Shown here: piece after piece, positions 1 to 6,865 of the stretch
How the letters are laid out: every line of letters starts with the position of its first letter
Position numbering within the stretch: the stretch's first letter is position 1
Source of the DNA: an uncultured Erysipelotrichaceae bacterium
GTDB taxonomy: Bacteria > Bacillota_I > Bacilli_A > RF39 > UBA660
NCBI GenBank assembly: GCA_902788975.1
Contig: CADAMI010000001.1
Location: 1-61,914, forward strand
Length of the DNA: 61,914 bases
Direction: 5' to 3'
Position numbers and translations under genes: made by a program
Notes under the pieces: model-generated
What the model was told of the DNA's origin: nothing
Databases searched by the model: none
Seen by the model: only the letters and a program-made list of their open reading frames with translations

Positions 1-70
1 TGATTCTGTGGTTTCTATCCATCTGTTCACATTTTCAATACTCTTCAGACCATCCCTTGTCGCAATAGCA
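1..70. repeat. Terminal direct repeat, copy 1 (identical to 61845-61914)
   Basis: 70/70 nt identity read directly. Implies a circular or terminally redundant unit of 61,844 bp. Confidence 0.97.
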
Positions 71-141
71 TATCCTATTATGATTCCTAAAAACAATAGT
101 AAACCTATTGAAAGCACCACCATTACAATTTCACTCATCAT
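1..141 (-). CDS. 5' part (47 codons) of a junction-spanning gene: 86-aa protein with N-terminal TM helix and coiled coil
   Basis: ATGATG at 141-136 behind AGGTGA. Reads MMSEIVMVVLSIGLLLFLGIIIGYAIATRDGLKSIENVNRWIETTES to nt 1, then continues in frame at 61844. Confidence 0.6.
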   Translation of the reverse strand, partial: MMSEIVMVVLSIGLLLFLGIIIGYAIATRDGLKSIENVNRWIETTES

Positions 142-239
142 CAATCACCTTATCAACTTCTCTAAAAGTTTTTATCAACTCAAAATGTGAATAAATCAAC
201 AAACCAAAAGACATCACAATCAGAATAATCAACAATAAT

Positions 240-599
240 TCAGTTATCATTTTTCATCAACCCTTCTTTCTTTAATCTGCAATTGTACAAGTCATCACCA
301 ATTTCCTTGTTGATTCCCCTTAACTGCTCATTCTCTTCCTTTAAAGCAGAAATGATGGCTTGTTGCTCACCAATCTGCTTACGAAGTTTCACATTCTCTT
401 TCTCAAAGATATTTGCATAATCTTCTGCAATTGCTTTATCACTTTTCAAGGATTGTATGGTGGCTTGTTGCTCATTAAGTTTATCAAACAATCTGCAAAA
501 ATCTTCTTCATCACCAAAACCATACATTTCATCAGATTTAGTATCAAGTCCAAGTCCAGTATCTGTTATATAAAATTGTTTCTCACTCATCAATATCAC
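240..599 (-). CDS. Hypothetical coiled-coil protein (small-ORF block between the polB halves)
   Basis: 119-aa ORF on the coding strand, overlapping the neighbouring ORF end. Heptad-like LNEQQATIQSLK...ENEQLR. Confidence 0.6.
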   Translation of the reverse strand: MILMSEKQFYITDTGLGLDTKSDEMYGFGDEEDFCRLFDKLNEQQATIQSLKSDKAIAEDYANIFEKENVKLRKQIGEQQAIISALKEENEQLRGINKEIGDDLYNCRLKKEGLMKNDN

Positions 600-951
600 C
601 TTTGGAATATAATATAACAGTTCCTTTTTGCATATCTTGAAACATTACTGGTTTAAAATTATACAATTCTTTTCGCATCTGTTCATTCTCTTGCTCTAAT
701 GTAGTGATTTTTGACTCCAAAAAAGCATTGTAATTGCTTGTTGCATTTGAAGTTGTTTCCGAAGATTTCACTTGTTTTCGCAAATTTTCATTTTCTAATT
801 CCAATCTTTGTATCATAGTTTCTTTCTCATTCAATACTTCACACATATAATCAGATTGAGAACGATAATTCAATTCCTGCACTTCCCTATCCGAATAAGT
901 GTCCCATATCTTATATCCTTTCCTTACATACCTTTCATTACCCATCATCAA
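583..951 (-). CDS. Hypothetical coiled-coil protein (small-ORF block)
   Basis: 122-aa ORF. GGTGAT precedes TTG/ATG ATG starts at 951-943. N-terminus NERYVRKGYKIWDTYSDRE resembles that of the 46-aa ORF upstream. Confidence 0.6.
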   Translation of the reverse strand: MMMGNERYVRKGYKIWDTYSDREVQELNYRSQSDYMCEVLNEKETMIQRLELENENLRKQVKSSETTSNATSNYNAFLESKITTLEQENEQMRKELYNFKPVMFQDMQKGTVILYSKGDIDE

Positions 952-1088
952 TCACCAACCAACCTAACCAAACCATTCATTACATTTACTATTTCTTCTG
1001 CTTCAACTTTATTAACTAACCATTTCCTACCATCGTGATAGGTATCGTTAATATAATAACCATTCGTAGTAAATCGTTTTTCATTCAT
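948..1088 (-). CDS. 46-aa small ORF below the ORF-track cutoff
   Basis: ATG 1088-1086 overlaps the polB-exo stop; TGA 950-948 overlaps the next start. MNEKRFTTNGYYINDTYHDGRKWLVNKVEAEEIVNVMNGLVRLVGD. Confidence 0.4.
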   Translation of the reverse strand: MNEKRFTTNGYYINDTYHDGRKWLVNKVEAEEIVNVMNGLVRLVGD

Positions 1089-2079
1089 CTTTGAAATAAT
1101 TAAAACCACCACCAAATTTACCTTTATACTCTAAATCAACCTTGCTAACTAAAACACTATCTTCCCACATTCTTTTATTAAAATAACAATCATTAAGAAC
1201 ACTATTAGCATTAAGGTGTCTAAAATCACACCAACTTATATTCCATAATGCTTCACAAAATGATAAAATATTTAATTTTTCAGATATAGCTTTAGTTACT
1301 TCTACATCACGAATATTATATTCAATTAATGTATCAAAATCACCATCATAGAATAATTTAATAGGATTATCTTCTAATTCAATTTTTTCGATAACACCTA
1401 ATTGTTTAGCCATACTAGCTAAAGACCCAGTAACAAATAATTTATTAGCCATATTCATAATATCAATATTACAATTCATAATAGGTTCATATTTTATTTG
1501 ATTTGTTCTCATTCTATAACTTAAATACTCATCATCAAATTTTTTACTATTAAATCCAATTAAAGATAAAACTTTATTCTTTTTTAAAAACTTAGCAATA
1601 GATTTTAACATTTCCCTTTCATCACCATTATCATTTAAAAAAGTTTTAACATTATTATCTTTATCAATAAAGACTACACTAGTAACAATACCTTCACTAG
1701 GGTCTAAACTAGTAGTTTCTATATCATAATACATATATTTAGGAAAAGTTATTCCTTCATATTTAATAACTTTATCAAAATATAATAATTTAGAAGCCAA
1801 TCTCCAATCATAATAATAAAATCCTTTTTTATTTTTATGAATCTTAAAAGGTATAGTTAAATCTGGAGTAGTATAATCATATGGATAAGTTTTAATATAA
1901 TAATTGTTTTTTGTATAAGCATCTTTAAAAACTCTACAAATCTCTTTATCTGGTTTTCTTTTTAATGGTATAATCATTTGTTTAGGATATAATTTTCTTT
2001 CAATATTACCAAATTTATTATACCATTCAAATTTTATCAAATCTTCATTAAAACTACTTACATTAATCATTTTATACAC
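1081..2079 (-). CDS. polB: Family B DNA polymerase, 3'-5' exonuclease half (split gene)
   Basis: ExoI YYDIETTSL, ExoII LIGFNSKKFDDEYL, ExoIII YNIRDVEV. Ends ...KFGGGFNYFKDE, just where motif A should follow. Confidence 0.85.
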   Translation of the reverse strand: MYKMINVSSFNEDLIKFEWYNKFGNIERKLYPKQMIIPLKRKPDKEICRVFKDAYTKNNYYIKTYPYDYTTPDLTIPFKIHKNKKGFYYYDWRLASKLLYFDKVIKYEGITFPKYMYYDIETTSLDPSEGIVTSVVFIDKDNNVKTFLNDNGDEREMLKSIAKFLKKNKVLSLIGFNSKKFDDEYLSYRMRTNQIKYEPIMNCNIDIMNMANKLFVTGSLASMAKQLGVIEKIELEDNPIKLFYDGDFDTLIEYNIRDVEVTKAISEKLNILSFCEALWNISWCDFRHLNANSVLNDCYFNKRMWEDSVLVSKVDLEYKGKFGGGFNYFKDE

Positions 2080-2950
2080 CTATATTAAAATGTTTTTTAA
2101 TATCTTCAAAATCTATTCTACCACAAACTTCGCAAATAGCAATTTTTTCATAAACGTGTAAACTTGCGTGTTTATCATCGTGAAACGGACATACACACCA
2201 TTTACTTCTGCCACCATCAAAACTTTTACCATCAAAATATTGTCTCAAATCAACAGCAGCTTTACCAAAATTTGAATATTTACTTCTACTTTTTATAATA
2301 TTATTTATTTTTTCCATATTACTTAAATAAGATAAACTATTTATAAAAGAATTATAAAAATGTTCATTTTTATCTATATAATAATTAGGATTGATTTTTA
2401 AAGTATTTTCATCTAAAAATGGAGCAAAAGCATATTCAATACGTAAAACTTCCCCAGTTTTTGGGTGAACACTACCAACTAAACGTATATTAGAATATAA
2501 ACCATAATTTACTTTATCTAATGATTTATAATCTCCAATTAAATTAATAATAAATTTAATAAATACTTCATTATTCATAGATTTATTAAGAGTCAATAAT
2601 AAATTTAAAGGTTTAGGTAAAATTATATATAAATGATACCCTTTATTAGTACTATTTACTACTAAATTCATTATATCATAATCTTGTAATAATTTTGATG
2701 CTTTATATACATCTTGATAAGCATTATCACCATCAAAATCTAAAATAATTGTACGTATTCTTGTTAAATCGTGATATTTTTCAACATAAACATTATATTT
2801 ATTAAAACTATTTATTTTTTCTAACCCACAACATAAATCATATTCTAAATTATTTTTAAAAACTTCACCAGTTTTACTATTAATAATCCTTCTAGTAGTG
2901 GGTATTTGATATAATAATCTATGAATTTGTCTTAATTTATCAATATCCAA
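2072..2950 (-). CDS. Archaeo-eukaryotic primase (prim-pol) fused to a DnaG-type CHC2 zinc finger
   Basis: AEP motifs IILDFDGD, NKGYHLYII, IRLVGSVHPKTG. C-terminal CVCPFHDDKHASLHVYEKIAICEVCG. TTG start behind AGGTGAT. Confidence 0.8.
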   Translation of the reverse strand: MDIDKLRQIHRLLYQIPTTRRIINSKTGEVFKNNLEYDLCCGLEKINSFNKYNVYVEKYHDLTRIRTIILDFDGDNAYQDVYKASKLLQDYDIMNLVVNSTNKGYHLYIILPKPLNLLLTLNKSMNNEVFIKFIINLIGDYKSLDKVNYGLYSNIRLVGSVHPKTGEVLRIEYAFAPFLDENTLKINPNYYIDKNEHFYNSFINSLSYLSNMEKINNIIKSRSKYSNFGKAAVDLRQYFDGKSFDGGRSKWCVCPFHDDKHASLHVYEKIAICEVCGRIDFEDIKKHFNIGV

Positions 2951-3010
2951 ATAATCACCTTACTTTTTTATTTTAAGATATATAAAAAAATAAAAAGAAT
3001 CTTTTCATAT

Positions 3011-3037
3011 ACCCATTAAACCCATTAAACCCACTAA
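3011..3037. repeat. 3 x 9-bp tandem ACCCAYTAA upstream of the primase promoter
   Basis: acccattaa acccattaa acccactaa read directly. The same ACCCAWT core at 9-bp spacing recurs at 20701-20736. Confidence 0.9.
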
Positions 3038-3056
3038 AACAAATAAAGATAAATAA

Positions 3057-4910
3057 TTATATATATTTATCTAAATTTATTTTTTCTAATTCCATATATT
3101 CTGGATTATTAATAATAGGACAATTAAAGATACTTTTATCATTAATATCTTCAATACAACCTACTAATCTATTACTTCTTTTTTTAAAAGCTTTGCAATG
3201 TTTTTTCATATCATTAATTATATATCTAATATCATTTTCACCATAATATCTATATATAATATCAAAAGTACTACTTTTAATAAAATATTCAACTTTTTTA
3301 TTAGTTACATTACTATTTTTTATATAATATAAAGTAGGTTTTACTCCATTATATTTCCAATTCTCATCTGGAATATATAATTCACCAATAAAATTTTCAA
3401 GTCTTTTTAAAGTAGACCTAATTTTATTTCTTTGATTTTTACCATTTTCAATATTACCAATTATATTATGAACACTACGAACATTACTCATATTATTAAT
3501 TACTTCATTAACAGTAAAAAATAAATCATTATGTTGAAAATGTTCATCATAAAAATCTGAATGGTTTTCATCTAATAATTCAGTAAATTTATTATAAATA
3601 TCTTCTTCATCAATACTATCATATCTTAATTTTAAACTATGATAAAGATTAATATCAGACTCTTTAACTTTAAATTCCTTTAAAGCCATCAAACTTTTAT
3701 AAAAAAGTTTATAATACATTTCAAAATCTTGATTAGTAACATAAATTCTATTACCATCAATAATTTCTTTATTAGGTAAATTAATTAAAGCTAACATTTT
3801 AAGAATATTATCTTGTTTATTTAATAATCTACGATAAGCTTCATTACCTTTAAAAAGCCAATCTAAAGCATCTTTATAAGGATTAATTATTTCAATATCT
3901 AAAGTAACTAACCAATCTAAATAATTTCTAATATTAGAAAATAATTTATCTTCATACTCAAAATCTTCATTAGTTTTAAAATCAAGCCATCTATAAAAAT
4001 CTTTAAATTCATTATCATTATCAAGACTAGGAGTCCATAAAATACCCCTACTAACATCTTGACTATCTAAAGATAATTCATTTTCAACTTTACTAAAACA
4101 CATAGCACATTTACCAATTAATTCAATATCAATAATATCATTTTGACTTATCATTTTACTACTATGATAATATCCTTCAGAATTTAAAATTTTAATAATA
4201 CTATTAACTTCAAACATTACTTCTTCAGCAATAGCAGAACCCCTATCACCAAATCTAACTATTTTATTTTTAAAAAGATATGGATTATCAATACAAGCAT
4301 TTTTAAATGATGCTGGAGTACTATAATTCATAATTACATAATTATGTTCGTGTACCATATCAAAAGCCACATTTTCAATAATAGATTTCCCACTACCAGC
4401 AGAAGCAACACTTATAATATTAACTGGTTCTCCACGCATAGTAGATAAAATAGCTAAAATTATTCTTAAAATATTAATTTCTTCAGAAGCCACTTTCCAT
4501 CTACTTGCTTTCATAATATAATTACTAGGTAAAATATTATTATCTATACAGTAATGATAAAAATCTTTACCTTGTTTTAAAATTTCTATTTGTGCTTTTT
4601 CATACGCTTCAGTAATTTGATGTTGTTGTTTTTCTTTAATAAGCTCTAATTCTTCTTCTAAACTTTGAATAATAGATAAAATATATTCTGTATCAAAACC
4701 TTTCATACCTTTAAATAAATTACTATTAATACCAGTAGGTAATTTATCAATATCTTTTTTTCTAAAAATATGCTGATTTTGGATTTCATCACCTATACAA
4801 ACTGATGCTTTAAATTCTTTTCCTAAATCTTCTAAACTTATATTACAATCAACTTGTATTTCTCCAATACTAGTTTTCATACTTACTGGAACAATTTTAT
4901 CTACTTTCAT
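3057..4910 (-). CDS. P-loop NTPase, putative replicative helicase
   Basis: 617 aa, immediately upstream of the primase in the same operon. Walker A ASAGSGKS. Helicase superfamily not assignable by eye. Confidence 0.55.
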   Translation of the reverse strand: MKVDKIVPVSMKTSIGEIQVDCNISLEDLGKEFKASVCIGDEIQNQHIFRKKDIDKLPTGINSNLFKGMKGFDTEYILSIIQSLEEELELIKEKQQHQITEAYEKAQIEILKQGKDFYHYCIDNNILPSNYIMKASRWKVASEEINILRIILAILSTMRGEPVNIISVASAGSGKSIIENVAFDMVHEHNYVIMNYSTPASFKNACIDNPYLFKNKIVRFGDRGSAIAEEVMFEVNSIIKILNSEGYYHSSKMISQNDIIDIELIGKCAMCFSKVENELSLDSQDVSRGILWTPSLDNDNEFKDFYRWLDFKTNEDFEYEDKLFSNIRNYLDWLVTLDIEIINPYKDALDWLFKGNEAYRRLLNKQDNILKMLALINLPNKEIIDGNRIYVTNQDFEMYYKLFYKSLMALKEFKVKESDINLYHSLKLRYDSIDEEDIYNKFTELLDENHSDFYDEHFQHNDLFFTVNEVINNMSNVRSVHNIIGNIENGKNQRNKIRSTLKRLENFIGELYIPDENWKYNGVKPTLYYIKNSNVTNKKVEYFIKSSTFDIIYRYYGENDIRYIINDMKKHCKAFKKRSNRLVGCIEDINDKSIFNCPIINNPEYMELEKINLDKYI

Positions 4911-4935
4911 TTATACACCTTAAAATAATTATAAT

Positions 4936-4951
4936 AGGGTAAATTTACCCT
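4936..4951. repeat. Perfect 16-bp palindrome AGGGTAAATTTACCCT over the stop of the upstream gene
   Basis: Read directly. Lies between ORF 4945-5436 and the helicase start. Confidence 0.85.
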
Positions 4952-5436
4952 TTAAAATTTAATTCAACAACAGTAAAGCCCCAAGTTTGGTAACCATTTC
5001 TTTCTTTAATTACTCTAGGTACAATCTTAACTGATTCAATTTCATCAATTAATTCTTGTAACTCTTTATAATCAACATCAAAAGTGTTGTTTACATTATC
5101 TTCAGCGATAAATTTAATTAAAGAACTTAATGGATTATCAGCTTTAATTCTAGCTACACCCATTTTTACTGGATTCCAAAATGTGATAGGGAAACTAACT
5201 TTAATTTCTTCTTCATCATCAAAAAAGGATAATCTAGCAAATCTGCTAATATAAGGTTCACCTTTTTTAGATACCTTTTCTGATTCAAAAATATCAGTTA
5301 ATTCAACACCTTGTGCAATAAAACCATCATCTTCGTAATATTCTGGATTTTCTTCAATGTAATCCATTCTTGCGATGTCTAATGCACTATATTCTTTACT
5401 AACACTTGCTTTTTTAATAAAATTTTTACTTAACAT
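4945..5436 (-). CDS. Hypothetical protein (replication module)
   Basis: 163-aa ORF on the coding strand with a GGAG-type RBS. No motif recognised. Confidence 0.7.
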   Translation of the reverse strand: MLSKNFIKKASVSKEYSALDIARMDYIEENPEYYEDDGFIAQGVELTDIFESEKVSKKGEPYISRFARLSFFDDEEEIKVSFPITFWNPVKMGVARIKADNPLSSLIKFIAEDNVNNTFDVDYKELQELIDEIESVKIVPRVIKERNGYQTWGFTVVELNFKG

Positions 5437-5495
5437 TTTATCTTTTCTCCTAAATATTTTTTATTTATAATTTAAATTGTGCCATTTTCTGGCAA

Positions 5496-5542
5496 TATCC
5501 TTATTTGGGAATCGAACCCAAATTAAAGCACCAGCAAGGATA
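5496..5542 (-). ncRNA. tRNA-like minihelix (acceptor-like stem plus T-arm), not a full tRNA
   Basis: Minus strand TATCCTT-GCTGGTGCTTTAA-TTTGGG-TTCGATT-CCCAAA-T-AAGGATA. It has a canonical GGTTCGATTCC T-loop but no D or anticodon arms. A hairpin TGCCAGAAAATGGCA follows. Confidence 0.35.
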
Positions 5543-5544
5543 AC

Positions 5545-5561
5545 ATAACAAACGGAGGAAC
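5545..5561 (-). promoter_or_regulatory. 17-nt segment whose minus-strand transcript is antisense to the leader/SD of amidoligase gene 1
   Basis: Plus-strand ATAACAAACGGAGGAAC here equals the minus-strand mRNA leader at 17249-17265. Its 11-nt core AACGGAGGAAC also matches the leaders of 17778 and 18883. Confidence 0.3.
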
Positions 5562-5569
5562 ATAACCAC

Positions 5570-5797
5570 TTATTCTAAACTTTCATATAATTTAATAAAT
5601 TCTTGTTGCTTATCACTATCAGAAATAATACTTATAATAAAAGTAAATAAATTATTAGCAATATAATTTCTAATTAACAAATCATTAGAATTATTATAAG
5701 TATTTAAAATAATACTTAAAGCCATATCAATATCATATTTTATTTCTTTATCTAATCCCTTATAAAGATTAGTAGGAGTAATGAAATCGTTATTCAT
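5570..5797 (-). CDS. Hypothetical protein
   Basis: 75-aa ORF with AGGTGAT RBS. Confidence 0.6.
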   Translation of the reverse strand: MNNDFITPTNLYKGLDKEIKYDIDMALSIILNTYNNSNDLLIRNYIANNLFTFIISIISDSDKQQEFIKLYESLE

Positions 5798-5805
5798 ATA
5801 ATCAC

Positions 5806-5904
5806 CTAATTATCATTAGCCATTTGTAAAATACAAAAAATACTATATAACATAAATGGTATTAAAAAAATAAATAACCATATAATAGTATAAATTGTAA
5901 TCAT
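5806..5904 (-). CDS. 32-aa hydrophobic peptide (below the ORF-track cutoff)
   Basis: ATG 5904 lies 1 nt after the upstream stop. MITIYTIIWLFIFLIPFMLYSIFCILQMANDN. Its 3' end carries the next gene's RBS. Confidence 0.4.
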   Translation of the reverse strand: MITIYTIIWLFIFLIPFMLYSIFCILQMANDN

Positions 5905-5905
5905 C

Positions 5906-6325
5906 TTAGCCATCACCATAAACAAATTCGATACCAGATAAATCACCAAACGCTATTAATTCTAATATAGCTCTTATTTCAGCTCTAGTAGAACTAGTAG
6001 AAATAGCATTATGTACTGCTGAAAATTCTCTTCTATCAGCACCAGCAAAACCTAATGCTTCTTCACCATCTGGAGATGTTGCTTTATATACGTGATAACA
6101 AAAGTCGAACCTACCTTTTTCATCAGTATATACTTTATATTCTAACATCTCAGTTTTTACACCATATAAAGCTTTAAGGTGATATACACCCTTTTTATTG
6201 ATAACCACTTTTTTTGTACCTTTGAAATTAAGCTCATAATAACTTCCTTTAGGTATAACTTTTTTAGCTTCTTCTAAATATTTAACTTTTTTTAAATATT
6301 TGTCTATATTATTCACAATCATCAT
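5906..6325 (-). CDS. Hypothetical protein
   Basis: ORF-track 5906-6361. Start moved to ATGATG at 6325 behind AGGTGG (MMIVNNIDKY...). Confidence 0.65.
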   Translation of the reverse strand: MMIVNNIDKYLKKVKYLEEAKKVIPKGSYYELNFKGTKKVVINKKGVYHLKALYGVKTEMLEYKVYTDEKGRFDFCYHVYKATSPDGEEALGFAGADRREFSAVHNAISTSSTRAEIRAILELIAFGDLSGIEFVYGDG

Positions 6326-6737
6326 TCCACCTAAAATATTTATTATATATAACATCATCATTACATATTTTTAAAATATGTCTAACAACATCATTCATAT
6401 CTAAATATCTTTTTAAATAATTCATATCTAAAATTCTATCTTTTATAGCTTTATTTTCTAGTAATCCATTTAAAACATCATTATAAGATAATGATGTCGC
6501 TAAAATACTATATCCATTTCTACAAATGAAATTATTTGCCTTTTTATCGTGCAACATCATAGCTATAAATTTTTTAGTGGTTTTGTCTCTAATACCACTA
6601 TCTATAATATCTAATATAGTTATATCTGTACCATAAGAATTAATTTTTTTATCCCAATTATATTTTTTTGAATTTAATATCTTATGTAAGACTATTTTTT
6701 CCATAATATCATCATTCAAATTATCATCTCCATTCAT
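6309..6737 (-). CDS. Hypothetical protein
   Basis: 142-aa ORF with an ATGA overlap to the upstream small ORF. Confidence 0.65.
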   Translation of the reverse strand: MNGDDNLNDDIMEKIVLHKILNSKKYNWDKKINSYGTDITILDIIDSGIRDKTTKKFIAMMLHDKKANNFICRNGYSILATSLSYNDVLNGLLENKAIKDRILDMNYLKRYLDMNDVVRHILKICNDDVIYNKYFRWNDDCE

Positions 6738-6865
6738 TTATAAAATACAAATTTAAATTTATCACATTCTGTTTTTTTAGGTTGTTGTTTTTTATAACAA
6801 CAATCTACTTTATATTTCCTTTTATATTCATAATATACACAAAAAGGACATAAATATATACTCAT
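6734..6865 (-). CDS. 43-aa Cys-rich (CPFC...CC...C) small protein directly after nrdD
   Basis: ATG 6865 abuts the nrdD stop. MSIYLCPFCVYYEYKRKYKVDCCYKKQQPKKTECDKFKFVFYK. Confidence 0.45.
   Translation of the reverse strand: MSIYLCPFCVYYEYKRKYKVDCCYKKQQPKKTECDKFKFVFYK

Noticed and set aside
5496-5542. A bona fide tRNA gene
   Set aside because: It has a canonical T-arm and a 7-bp acceptor-like stem, but only 12-13 nt between them. There is no D-arm or anticodon arm and no alternative 5' acceptor strand upstream. It is kept only as a tRNA-like minihelix.
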